Source: an uncultured Chthonomonadaceae bacterium (GTDB lineage: Bacteria; Armatimonadota; Chthonomonadetes; Chthonomonadales; Chthonomonadaceae). From it: a stretch of 64,000 bases of DNA. Shown one piece after another: positions 1 through 10,052 of this stretch. The stretch spans positions 32,001 through 96,000 of the forward strand of contig CAWIEK010000051.1 of NCBI GenBank assembly GCA_963835065.1, read 5' to 3'. How positions within the stretch are numbered: the first letter of the stretch is position 1; each line of letters begins with the position of its first letter. The notes below the pieces were generated by a model. It was not told where the DNA came from. It saw nothing but the letters and a program-made list of their open reading frames with translations, and did no database searches. A program made the position numbers and the translations under genes.

Positions 1-228
1 GGAGCAAAGAGGGAAAGCCTATCATTATCTTCCCCATCTGAAACAAGCGGCAGGAAAGGAGAAAAGAGCCTGAAGCACACGGGGCAGCCACACCATTTTC
101 CCAATGGGAATGTCGCTGCATCAGCAAAAAGGTTCCATCCAGCTTCGTGTCCTCGCACAGATAGGGCAGTATACCACACAAACCCGATTTTTCAGCGCTC
201 GAAACTCGAAATTATGCTTAGAAATTTC

Positions 229-2616
229 TCAGTAGGAGATTAGTACCCGAATATCCCCCTGCGTCCGACAGATGACGGTAAGCCGCGTACCGTGAAATTG
301 AAAGGGAGCCGGGCTGCCGTTGATTGTTACGGCGAGGGGAACGCGCCCATTCTGCGCTTCGCCGACAAGCGTCCAGGCAACGGGTTTATGGCGCGGCGTA
401 TCAAAATAAAAATCCAATTGAACGTGTTTGCCGTCCGGGGAAACGCTGCCGTCACGCAGCGCGGCAGGCTGCCATTCCGTCAGCAGCAGGGGCGCGGACC
501 GGGAAAGCAGTTCCGCCAGCACATTCGGCCCGATCCAGGCATTGTTACGGTTTGCCTGCGCCATGTCAACGTAATTCCACAGGGTGGATGTGGGTTCGCC
601 AAGCAGGGCGCGGGCAAAAATATGCGGAAAAGTCACATAAATCGAGTTGCCTTTGTAGGTTGTGGCGAAGGGATACACAACGTCGCCGCGATACCATTCC
701 GGGAAACTGCGCGCGTACTCGGCTTCGTAGTCCGCCAACGCCGTCCCGCCAAACGCGCGGAGAACCGCGTACAATTCCGGCAGTACGCCATCTCCCGAAA
801 GGACATTGGTGGTATCCCAGGGGTCATCTTCGCCCAGGCGGGCGCGGGTGAAGCCTTCCATTTCGTGGAAGCCCAACACCACGCTTTTCGGCCCGATCAG
901 GCCGGCTTTACGCGCCCAGGCGGTGTACAGGAAGCGGGCGACAGTGGGCACGGCGATACGCGCGGCTTGTGCGGCAAAGTATTCTATGCCCGCTTTGTCC
1001 TTCAGGGCGCGGGCCATTTTCAGGCAGGCCAGCGTACCGCAGTAGGTGGCCGCCATCGGGTCGCCGGTTCCCGTGCTGTAGCCGTGATCGGCGTTTACAA
1101 CCGTCATCCACGCCCAGTCGTCGCCCCGGTCAAAATAGCGGTAGATACGCCGGACGTCGTTCCAATGCGCGCGGACAAACGCCCAATCTCCCGTATACTG
1201 CGCGTATTTGTACAGCCCGTAAAGCGGCAGGGCATCGCCCCAATCCAGATCGTAGCGGCGCTGATTCGGCCCGGCAATAAAATACGTCCATAGATAGGAT
1301 TGTCCGGTGAACGGCTCGGTTTCCGTTTTCCACGGGCGGGGCGGCGGTTTTGCGGTATCGGAGGAAGTTTCCGGTGTGGAAGCGCGGGGCAAGGCTGCTT
1401 TCGCCGGAGCGCGCGGCGGGGAAGGCTGCGGCAGATAGGGCGGCAGCGTAAAGGCAAGCGGCAAATAACGCTGCCAGGCGGCCTGCGTTTCGGCCCGGCG
1501 TTGTGGCGTCAAGTAGGCCCATGCCATTTGCGCGTTCGCCATGCCCGCGTAGCCCAGGTCAACCGCATTGTTCGCCCAATCGCCGCCCAGATGCCCCACC
1601 AGTTCATTCAGCAGGCGGGTATTGCCCTGCGCATTAGAGGCCGCTTCCGCTTCCACGCGAACATAGCCGCGCTCGTCTGTGGGCGGCACGGGCAGGGTAT
1701 ATCGCGCCGTATTACCCCGCATATAGGTAAAGTCGCCCCATTTTGTCGGGCAGTCCGCCGTGACCGTTTCGCCTGTGATGGCAGCCGGGTAGCCATGCGC
1801 GCGGGCAAACGCGAGAACGGGCGGCAGGGGCGCGATAGGGAGGCCCTCCGAAGTGGGAGCGTAGGTTTCCGTGAAGGTAACGGTCTGTCCATCCGGCGCA
1901 AGGCGATGGCTGCTGTAGTCGCGCGTGGGAATGGAAATAGCGGCCCATCGGCGGGCTTCGGCGCGAAGGTGATTTTCTTCCGCCGCGCTTGCAGCCGGAG
2001 CCAACTCGCGCAGGCCAAGCGGCGTTACAAACCGCGCGTCGCCAATCGCTTCCTGCCCTTCCACCACAATCTCGGTTTTATCGGGCAGGCAGGCCAGTGT
2101 TTTGACGCGAGGCTCAAATCCCCTGCGGAACGCGATCAGCAGGGGCATGGACGCCCGATCTTCGCGCCGTATCAGCAGGCCGGAACACTGTTCTGATTCC
2201 GGCGCAGGCGGCAGGTAAGCCATTGTAACCGGGAGGGGGTTGCCCTTCTCATCGGTAACGCGCAGCCGCATCCGCCTGCCATACGTCGCGCCAAAGCCGG
2301 GATACAGCAGGGTATAGCGCAACTGCGTTGGCTCATCCGCGCTTCCACCGGACAAACGGAGCGTTTTGCCGGTTGTGCCGATGGCGATAACCTTTGCCCG
2401 CGCCCTGCCCTCCCCATACGTTATTTGCATCGGCGTGGCCGTCGGCGGCGCGGCAAAACCATGCGGCGTCACGTTCAGCGTCAGCAGACCATCGTCATTG
2501 AAGCGACCAAAGCGACCAAATTGGCTCCTGTCGCTTGCAGGCGCGGCCTGCGCGCGCAGGACTACAGGGAGTGCAAAGAACAGCGAAAATGTCAGCAGGC
2601 GCAGGAATAATCGCAT
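229..2616 (-). CDS. Secreted hypothetical protein, possible (alpha/alpha)-barrel glycoside hydrolase-like
   Basis: Long ORF. Likely start MRLFLRLLTFSLFFALPVVLRAQA (signal peptide) at 2616; the ORF track extends to 2751. Aromatic-rich helical segment LYGLYKYAQYTGDWAFVRAHWNDVRR is typical of six-hairpin glycosidases. Confidence 0.6.
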   Translation of the reverse strand: MRLFLRLLTFSLFFALPVVLRAQAAPASDRSQFGRFGRFNDDGLLTLNVTPHGFAAPPTATPMQITYGEGRARAKVIAIGTTGKTLRLSGGSADEPTQLRYTLLYPGFGATYGRRMRLRVTDEKGNPLPVTMAYLPPAPESEQCSGLLIRREDRASMPLLIAFRRGFEPRVKTLACLPDKTEIVVEGQEAIGDARFVTPLGLRELAPAASAAEENHLRAEARRWAAISIPTRDYSSHRLAPDGQTVTFTETYAPTSEGLPIAPLPPVLAFARAHGYPAAITGETVTADCPTKWGDFTYMRGNTARYTLPVPPTDERGYVRVEAEAASNAQGNTRLLNELVGHLGGDWANNAVDLGYAGMANAQMAWAYLTPQRRAETQAAWQRYLPLAFTLPPYLPQPSPPRAPAKAALPRASTPETSSDTAKPPPRPWKTETEPFTGQSYLWTYFIAGPNQRRYDLDWGDALPLYGLYKYAQYTGDWAFVRAHWNDVRRIYRYFDRGDDWAWMTVVNADHGYSTGTGDPMAATYCGTLACLKMARALKDKAGIEYFAAQAARIAVPTVARFLYTAWARKAGLIGPKSVVLGFHEMEGFTRARLGEDDPWDTTNVLSGDGVLPELYAVLRAFGGTALADYEAEYARSFPEWYRGDVVYPFATTYKGNSIYVTFPHIFARALLGEPTSTLWNYVDMAQANRNNAWIGPNVLAELLSRSAPLLLTEWQPAALRDGSVSPDGKHVQLDFYFDTPRHKPVAWTLVGEAQNGRVPLAVTINGSPAPFQFHGTRLTVICRTQGDIRVLISY

Positions 2617-2839
2617 AGGTTGTCCCATCGCATTTTGGAGAATGTTCACAGCGGCAGCGGGCATTTCCGCATCCATGTCTTCATAAGGGGATGAACCTCT
2701 GTTGGAGTACCGGCGCATCATCGGTTCATCGAAGCACAGTTTAATTTCCATAGGTTGCTATACATGAGGCAATGACGTGTCATTTCGGCCCTGATTTACG
2801 CAGAATTCTGACAATGATTTTGTAACCTCTTGTCTGGGC

Positions 2840-3375
2840 TATCTTCAAAGGCGTCAAACCGGATTTGTTAGCATGGTTTATGTCCGCGTGATGCGCTAAC
2901 AGAAGTGTTACGCAGGATTGGCGATTTGCAGCGACTGCTTGTATCAAGGGCGTATCGCCATAATCTGAATCTTGCGCATTGGGGTTAGCCCATCAGTTAC
3001 AAGTTAAGGAAATTTCGAGATTGTCAAGGGCTATTTTCACTGATTTTCAGCTCGTTAAAAGCCGTGTCACAACATCCGAAGTGGCTGTTTGTCCGCTAAA
3101 TGTTTCTTGCGATGGGCTGCCTGCTCGCTAATAGGCTTGGCAGGCAGCAGAACATCGGCAGAAAAATAGTGAAAATAACCCTTGACAAATCTTAAAAGTG
3201 CTTAACTTGTAACTGATGGGGTTTATCTTCAAAGGCGTCAAACCGGATTTGTTAGCATGGTTTATGTCCGCATGATGCGCTAACAGAAGTGTTACGCAGG
3301 ATTGGCGATTTGCAGCGACTGCTTGTATCAAGGGCGTATCGCCATAATCTGAATCTTGCACATTGGGGTCAGCCC
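2840..3375. repeat. 152-bp direct repeat (2840-2991 and 3224-3375) flanking the MITE
   Basis: Base-by-base comparison shows 3 mismatches. Confidence 0.95.
2989..3220. mobile_element. 232-bp MITE (non-autonomous element)
   Basis: Perfect 20-bp terminal inverted repeats CCCATCAGTTACAAGTTAAG (2989-3008 / 3201-3220), extending imperfectly to about 53 bp. No transposase. Flanked by a long direct repeat. Confidence 0.85.
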
Positions 3376-4265
3376 TATGATTAAGCAATATTTTTACCAA
3401 CTTACAATCGCCTGAATAAGCGGCATAGAGAAGGGGCGTTGCTCCTGTTGAATCTTTTGCATCTATGGCAAAACCATTGCTCAACAGCAGACTAACCATT
3501 GCGGCATCATGTTTTTTGACAGCATGATGTAAAGCCAGACGGTCTGCTCCATTAACCTGTTTTGCCTTTCGGAGTTTGTTAATAAGTATCTTCGCAACTT
3601 GTAAACGCCGATACTCTACAGCGTACCGTAAGGGTGTGCCCAAACTTGGCTCGTTTCGGCGTGGGTCCTCCCCTTTATCGAGCATTGCTTTCACTTTGAC
3701 AGTATCCCCGCGTCGAATGGCGCGGTAGAATGGGCTTTCCACTATAGGAGCAAGAGGGTCTTGAGGCAGTTGGAAACCATAACCAATGTAAGCCCAACCC
3801 ATCATGTTACAAGTGAGAATTGCGCCGATTAGCAAGTAATGCTTAGAACAGCATATTTTTTGATCGCACAAGTATAAACTAGCATGAATAACTTACCATA
3901 TCCCATAGAAGTCTCCCTGATGAATAGCGCCCTGGTCCAATGCCTGGCTCGGGGATATGAGAATTCGGATTCGCATAGATGCCTGCTTTTAATGGGTTCA
4001 GCCACAATACCGTTTTAGCAGGCCAACCGTCTCCGCCTGCGGGCAATCCAATCAAAGCAGGAAGAAACTGTGCTTTGTTTTGACTATTTAGTTGTCAATG
4101 TGCTGGTCAGCAAGCATTATGTGTGAGTGTCAAGCATCACAATGTAGCATTGGTTTGTTGCGCGTTCAATATAATGTATTCTGATTGTGGATGTGGCATG
4201 TGCTGTCTCCCATTGGTATCAATGGCCTCTCGGCACACTTGCATACTGCTACGCCGCATTTCGTT

Positions 4266-4775
4266 CTAATGCGAAGTCAGAAGGTTCCTAATCCCTGCAT
4301 CCACTTTGTAGTCCGTAAGCTGCATCCTGCATAAATTCTGCGTGTGTTTACCCATATAGGGAAAGATGCGGTCAAAGTGACTTGCGTAAGTGGTAAGTAA
4401 CGCCTCGCAAACAGTGACACTGATCAGATTTCGAACTTGGAAATCTGAATTGCTGGCTAACTCTTCTATCCAAGCCATAATATCGGCCAAGCGATTTGCC
4501 TGGCTAGGGTTGGCTGTAAGTGTAATCAGGAACGGGATAAGCAGGTTCTCCATTACAAGGGTCAACCCCGGACTTGACTGAACAGTTTCACTCAATCCAT
4601 GCAGTTGGTTAATTTCGTGCATATCAATGCTGTCTTGTTCAGTCCAGAGCAAGTGTGCGCTATTGTTCTCGCGCAGCATTTCTTCATAGTTCTCCCGAAT
4701 TTCCGGTACGGCTATGAGTAAGCGTGGGAGAACGTTATTGTATTCTCGCATGTCTCCTTGTGCCATATTTGACAT
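4266..4775 (-). CDS. Hypothetical protein, possible toxin immunity protein
   Basis: 169-aa AT-rich helical ORF. Its ATG overlaps the TAA of an upstream reading frame (TAATG, 4773-4777). Confidence 0.6.
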   Translation of the reverse strand: MSNMAQGDMREYNNVLPRLLIAVPEIRENYEEMLRENNSAHLLWTEQDSIDMHEINQLHGLSETVQSSPGLTLVMENLLIPFLITLTANPSQANRLADIMAWIEELASNSDFQVRNLISVTVCEALLTTYASHFDRIFPYMGKHTQNLCRMQLTDYKVDAGIRNLLTSH

Positions 4776-5422
4776 TACTTTCCTTGCAGCGCGCGCTGTA
4801 AGTCATCGTGCTGTGATGTGTACCCTGTGTTCTCTATAGCAGCAAGTCTCCAACGCGCTACGCCCGTTCTGATTGTGTATCCCCATAGAGAAATCCAAAG
4901 CCATTATAAAAATGTATTATAATCAGTTCCGGTGGTAAAATTGCCGCTGCTGTCGGCGATGGTGCTGTCGGCGATGGTGTTGAACGTTTTAACGACGGCG
5001 CGGTATTTCGCTCCCGCAGTGGCAAAGATGTCGAAGTTGTTCAGCGCGTTCGCGCCATTGATGGTCACGTTCATTTTGCGGCTGCCGGCTGCGTTAAACG
5101 CCAACTCCGCAAAATGAAGCCGCACCACATACCAACCGTTTGCGGTAAAGCCTGGAAGCGTGTAGACAAGAAGAGAGGAAGCCGTGTTCTGCGTCTGATA
5201 GATGGACGCGGGCGCGGCATTGGCAACGCCCTTCACGTCAATGCCCGTCGTTGTGGAAACCGGCGAACTGCTGCTGTAATAAGCGTCCGAGCGAAACGTT
5301 CCGACTGTGACCCCGCCGCCGCAATCCACGCGCAGAGGCGCGTCGGCATGAGCAAAGCGAACGCCGGACAAACACAGCGTCCAAACAGCAAACAGCAGGG
5401 CAATCAGCAGACGGCGGGCCAT
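4775..5422 (-). pseudogene. Signal peptide + malectin-domain gene, truncated and fused in frame (through one TAA) to an AT-rich C-terminal fragment
   Basis: Malectin motifs VDCGG, IYQTQ, YVVRLHFAE, GSRKMNVTING, NFDIFA. 15-bp tandem duplication (TIADS x2). Stop at 4904-4906, then 42 further in-frame codons to TAA 4775-4777. Confidence 0.7.
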
Positions 5423-5839
5423 AATCGCTCTCCACGAAAATCAACATAACGACAATGCAGGGGATGGCGCAAACACTGGAAGATTGCATAAACACGCGCA
5501 GCATACCCAAATGGACAGGGCTGCCGTTTCATCGCAGAATTTCCAAAGTTCGAAAAGTGAAGCAGGAAGAAAGGGAGAAGACACAATCTCCCGGATCAAC
5601 AATCGCACAGGCAAGCAAGGCAAACAACACGCTATTTCAGGGGCATACAGACAGCCCGCAGGTTCACGCACTCAATAGGAGAATTGCCGCACACCGTATC
5701 GCATGTCAAACCAGAAGACTGTTGCCGCCGCAGAAAAGGCGCACAAAAGCCGGAAGTAAAAGCAGTGAAGAAGTGGACCACTTAGCGCGTACAAAACACC
5801 CGTCAAGCGAACAAACCAGTATTTTGTACAATTAACAAA

Positions 5840-5869
5840 AGTATACGCCACCATCCAAGCGCCAGTCAA
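5840..5869 (-). promoter_or_regulatory. Putative sigma70 promoter for the malectin/toxin-like locus
   Basis: TTGACT-18 nt-TATACT on the minus strand, followed by the palindrome TTTTGT-N7-ACAAAA (5822-5840). Confidence 0.5.
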
Positions 5870-5995
5870 TAGGAAAAATACAATTTTTCAAAATTTTTCA
5901 TTTGCTTCCATTTACGCCGCCCAGATACAGCGTTATGAAGCAAAACACCTCATTTTGTCGAATTAATCTTACTTTCCCTACTGTATCTCTTCTCC

Positions 5996-6062
5996 CTCCC
6001 CGTGACCCCCGTGTTCCCCGTGGTTTATGTCTCCTCTTCTCTCCGTGTTCTCCGTGTTCTCC
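5996..6062. repeat. Short tandem repeats (CCGTGTTCT-like 9-mers)
   Basis: ccccgtgttccccgtg and ctccgtgttctccgtgttctcc. Confidence 0.6.
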
Positions 6063-6407
6063 CCGGAACTTTTTTCGCGCAAGTGACCGTAAAACCCGCA
6101 GGAGCGCGGAAAATAAGATATACTATGCCAAAGTGTCCCGTTTGGCGGCCCTGACGCCCCCGTTTCCGGCAAGACCACACGACTCCCCATGATTGCGTGT
6201 TCTTCCGCACAATACAAACAATCTAAGATTTTCGGCTCGACGGCAGCCCACGCCTTCTTTTCAGCACCGATTACCCCGGTAGCGAAGCCTGGCGCTGCAT
6301 GTCCACTTTCTTTAACTATTTACAGATTTACCATCGGCCTGAAACCGCCCGGTTCCCCTGCGCCCTCCCCGCGCCGCGAACCGAAGCGGAAGGAGACCTG
6401 ACGACGT

Positions 6408-9400
6408 ATGAATTTCCGAAACCATCCCCGTGTTCGCCGCATCACCACCTGTGTCTCGACCCTGTCGCTTGTCGCGTACTCCACGTCCCTGCTTTCGCCC
6501 ACCTTCGCGCAGGAGCCGGGTACGCCCATGCCCGTACAAAACACGCCCGAAAAAGCGAAAAAGCAGGACGAACTGGATCGGCAGAAAAAGCCCGCGCCGC
6601 CGCCCGCGCCCGGCAACCCGGCGGTGATTATTGACCCCAACAACGGCAGCGGCAACAACACGCGCGACTTCAACCGCGACGGCACGCCCCGGATTCCGAA
6701 CCATACGCGGCGTGACTATGGCGACCATCAGCGCACCCCGGAAGACACGCGCATGGGAACGGATGTCAAGAACCTGCCCCTGTATGGCTATATATTTTTC
6801 GCCGACGCCCGCCGCAACATCGAAGCCCGGCGCAATGGCCTGATCAGCGCGCTTAACGGCAACAATCAAAATGCAAACGGTTCGTCCCGCAATGACCGCA
6901 ATTTCACGAACGGCAATGCGGACGGCAGCCGCCGCAATACCAACAACCGCAACGGCAATGATGGCGACAATATACCCACTCGCCGCGCCGATGGTTCCGA
7001 TGCCAACAGCGGCAACCAAAACGGACAGGACAATCGGGATGGGCGCAACGGCAACGGGCGCAGCAGTGACGGGCGCAACGCTGATGGACGTAACACTGAC
7101 GGACGCAATAGTGATGGGCGCAATAGTGATGGGCGCGGCAATCAGGATGGGCGCGACAACGCCGATCCGAACGACGATTCCCGCAACGATGACAACGTGA
7201 CCGATGCGCAGCGGCGGCGCGATGCCCGCCGCCGGGATGCCGATTCTACGGACGCCGCGCTGGAAGACGACAACGGGGTACAGAGCCGCTTGCAGGGGTT
7301 TCCCGCGCGCAACAGTGGCGACACCCGCAATAGCGGACGCGCGGACGATAATGGCAATGACCGCAGCGGAACGGACCGGAACAGCAGCGGCAACCGTAAT
7401 CGTAGCAACACAGGCAGCAACAGCACGGACCGCAACGGCCAGAACAACTCGCAAAACAACCCGAACTACAACTCACAGTATAATCCGAACAATTCCAACA
7501 ATTCCTACAACACGCCCGTGCAGCGCTCCACTGTCAGCGGCTTCGACGGCATCATTGACCCGATCACGCAGTTGACCAACAACATCATCGCCTCCCCGCC
7601 CGCCACGTACCAGTTGTCCGGCGGGGATGAAGTGGTGATTCACATTACCACGCCCAAACTGAACCCGATTGACATGACCCGCACCGTAGACACGCTGGGC
7701 AATCTCGATATGGGCGAAATGGGGCGCGTGGTCGTGCGCGGCAAAACGCTGGACCAGATTGAAAGCGATGTTCAAAAACGCGCCACGCAGTATTACAAGG
7801 GCGCGCAGGTGTCCCTCAACCTCAAGCAACTGCGCACCATTTCTGTGACCGTGCAGGGCGAGGCCGTGCAGCCGGGCACGTATGTGGTTCCTTCCGTCAT
7901 TTCCGCCTTCAACATGCTGAATGCGGTTGGCGGGCCGACGGAAGACGGCTCGCTGCGCGACATCAAGGTGATGCGGCAGGGCAAAGAGATCAAAAGCCTG
8001 GACTTTTACAAGTTTATGAAGGGCGACGGGCAGGAAGACGTGATCCTGCGCGCGGGCGACATTTTGGTGATTTCGCCGACTGGCAACCGCGTTGCCCTGA
8101 CCGGCGAAGTTCGGCATCCTGCGCAGTACGAATTGAAGGACAACGAAAGCCTGCAGGATGCGCTGAAATATGCGGGCGGCGTGAAAGCGTCGGGCGTGGA
8201 TCAAATCGTACAACTCAACACGCTGGAACCGGGCCAGAACCGCGTTTTGAAAAACATCAATCTGCGGGATAAAGCGGAAGTCGCGGCTATCAAGCTGTAC
8301 GACGGCGACAGCGTGGAAATCCATTCCGTGCGCCAGATCATTGATAACAAGGTGCATGTGGCGGGAGCCATTTCCCAACCCGGCGATTACGCCATGACGC
8401 CGGGTATGAAAGTGGCCGACCTGCTGCGCCTGGCCCGCAACCCGATCAGCGAAGCCTATCTGGGCCGCGCCGCCCTGAAGCGCTGGAACGGCGACAACAC
8501 GACCACGCTGATCCCCATTGACCTTGCCAAAGCGATTGAAAACGACCCGCAAAACAACATTCCCCTGATGAAGTGGGACAGCCTTGAAATCTATTCGCGC
8601 TCCGAAGCCGCATTTGTCGGGACGCGCAAGATCGAAGTGCGCGGAGCCGTGCAGCGCGAAGGCGTGTACGAGTACAGCCAGAACATGCGCGTACTGGATA
8701 TTCTGCTGCGCGCGGGCGGCGCATTGCCCAATGCGGAGCGCATCGAACTGATACATCAGCACGGCGATGGCACGTACAAACTGGAATCCATCAACGTGGC
8801 GGATGTGGCGCACGGCGACCCGGCCAAAAACGTGCTTGTGGAAGACAACGATATTGTAGCCGTGTACAAGAACACGGAAGCGCAGTTTATCGCTTCGCAT
8901 CAGGTGCGCGTTGAGGGCGAAGTGGTGACGCCGGGCTTTTATCCCCGCGCCGAAGGCATGCGCCTGACCGACGCCCTGCGGCTTTCGGGTTGGTTCCGGC
9001 CCGGCGCGCATCCGAGCGTAAAAATCGCCCACGCGCGCCGTTCGGTAGACTCCAAAGACGCGGCGGGCAACATTGTTTCCGTCGCCTTCGACACGCAGTT
9101 CCGGTGCGACCCGCAGGACGACCTGCGTTTGGAAGACGGCGACGTGATCGCTGTACAGGGCACGGGCGGCATTGACGAGCGCCCCGCTGTGGTTTATGTG
9201 AAGGGCGCGGTCAACACGCCCGGTCCCATCTTCCTCAAGAACAAAAACGTGCGTCTGAGCGAAGCCATTGCCGAAGCGGGCGGCCTGCGCCCCGAAGCCT
9301 TCCCCGAAGGCGCGGAGTTCAACCGCGATCCCGCCAAACTGTCGTCCAAAACGCAGAAGGAAATGGCGACAACAATCGGCAAACTGACCAATCTGCTCAA

Positions 9401-10052
9401 CGATCAGGATTACCTGGGGAAACTTGCTCAATCGGATATCGAGCGTTTGAAGGCGCTGCAGCAAACCAGTGACAGCGGCAGTCTGCTGGGCGGCCAGCAA
9501 AGCACCAGCGCGCTCAACAATGCGGCGGGGGTTGCCATCGCTTCCAAGCTGTCGGAACACCAACTTGTGACGCCGCCGCGCCGCCTGACCGAAACAGAAC
9601 TGGACCCGAGCGGTAACATCGCTGTAAACCTGCCTGCCGCGCTGGAGGAATCGAAAAAGGGCGGACGGCGCGACGACGACATTCTGCTGGTAGACGGCGA
9701 CACCATCACGGTTCCCGAAAAACCGACGACGGTTCAGGTGATCGGCGCGGTCATCCATCAGCGCGGCGTGCTGTTCACGCCGGGCAAGTCGCTGGAATTC
9801 TATATCGAGCAGTCGGGCGGCTATGCCCCGGATGCCGCGCCGATGAAGACCATCGAAATCATTCGCGCGGGCGGAGGCATTATTCCCGCCAACAAGGTCA
9901 AGGATTTACGTCCCGGCGACGTGATTCTGGTTCCGACCAAAGTGCTGGCGGCGAAAATCGCGCAGCATCACGACGGCATCGGCGATTTCTTCAAGTCCAT
10001 CACCAACTCGGCGATTATCTTCCGGCTGGCAACAGGAGTGTTTGGAATCTAA
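6408..10052 (+). CDS. Polysaccharide export protein with multiple SLBB domains (Wza/KpsD-like) and an N/D/G/R-rich low-complexity insert
   Basis: Signal peptide; LPLYGYIFF; poly_export YQLSGGDEV; repeated VxVxGxVxxPG SLBB motifs; RBS GGAG. Confidence 0.9.
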   Translation: MNFRNHPRVRRITTCVSTLSLVAYSTSLLSPTFAQEPGTPMPVQNTPEKAKKQDELDRQKKPAPPPAPGNPAVIIDPNNGSGNNTRDFNRDGTPRIPNHTRRDYGDHQRTPEDTRMGTDVKNLPLYGYIFFADARRNIEARRNGLISALNGNNQNANGSSRNDRNFTNGNADGSRRNTNNRNGNDGDNIPTRRADGSDANSGNQNGQDNRDGRNGNGRSSDGRNADGRNTDGRNSDGRNSDGRGNQDGRDNADPNDDSRNDDNVTDAQRRRDARRRDADSTDAALEDDNGVQSRLQGFPARNSGDTRNSGRADDNGNDRSGTDRNSSGNRNRSNTGSNSTDRNGQNNSQNNPNYNSQYNPNNSNNSYNTPVQRSTVSGFDGIIDPITQLTNNIIASPPATYQLSGGDEVVIHITTPKLNPIDMTRTVDTLGNLDMGEMGRVVVRGKTLDQIESDVQKRATQYYKGAQVSLNLKQLRTISVTVQGEAVQPGTYVVPSVISAFNMLNAVGGPTEDGSLRDIKVMRQGKEIKSLDFYKFMKGDGQEDVILRAGDILVISPTGNRVALTGEVRHPAQYELKDNESLQDALKYAGGVKASGVDQIVQLNTLEPGQNRVLKNINLRDKAEVAAIKLYDGDSVEIHSVRQIIDNKVHVAGAISQPGDYAMTPGMKVADLLRLARNPISEAYLGRAALKRWNGDNTTTLIPIDLAKAIENDPQNNIPLMKWDSLEIYSRSEAAFVGTRKIEVRGAVQREGVYEYSQNMRVLDILLRAGGALPNAERIELIHQHGDGTYKLESINVADVAHGDPAKNVLVEDNDIVAVYKNTEAQFIASHQVRVEGEVVTPGFYPRAEGMRLTDALRLSGWFRPGAHPSVKIAHARRSVDSKDAAGNIVSVAFDTQFRCDPQDDLRLEDGDVIAVQGTGGIDERPAVVYVKGAVNTPGPIFLKNKNVRLSEAIAEAGGLRPEAFPEGAEFNRDPAKLSSKTQKEMATTIGKLTNLLNDQDYLGKLAQSDIERLKALQQTSDSGSLLGGQQSTSALNNAAGVAIASKLSEHQLVTPPRRLTETELDPSGNIAVNLPAALEESKKGGRRDDDILLVDGDTITVPEKPTTVQVIGAVIHQRGVLFTPGKSLEFYIEQSGGYAPDAAPMKTIEIIRAGGGIIPANKVKDLRPGDVILVPTKVLAAKIAQHHDGIGDFFKSITNSAIIFRLATGVFGI

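Larger units (their letters stand above)
2780..3871 (-). pseudogene. Ankyrin-repeat protein interrupted by a MITE; native C-terminus stranded at 2780-2840
   Basis: Ankyrin motifs TPLRYA, ALHHA, TPLLYA, TPLIQA, TPLKI. The downstream copy continues TPLKIAQTRGYKIIVRILRKSGPK-stop (TGA 2780-2782), completing the last repeat. The annotated ORF 3128-3871 instead runs into the MITE. Confidence 0.8.

Noticed and set aside
1..228. Gene start at the window edge
   Set aside because: Only a weak minus-strand -10 element and short ORFs; cannot be supported.
6312..9758. Long antisense ORFs (6312-7454, 7473-9758) and similar shadows elsewhere
   Set aside because: They mirror well-supported genes in GC-rich DNA and have no motifs.
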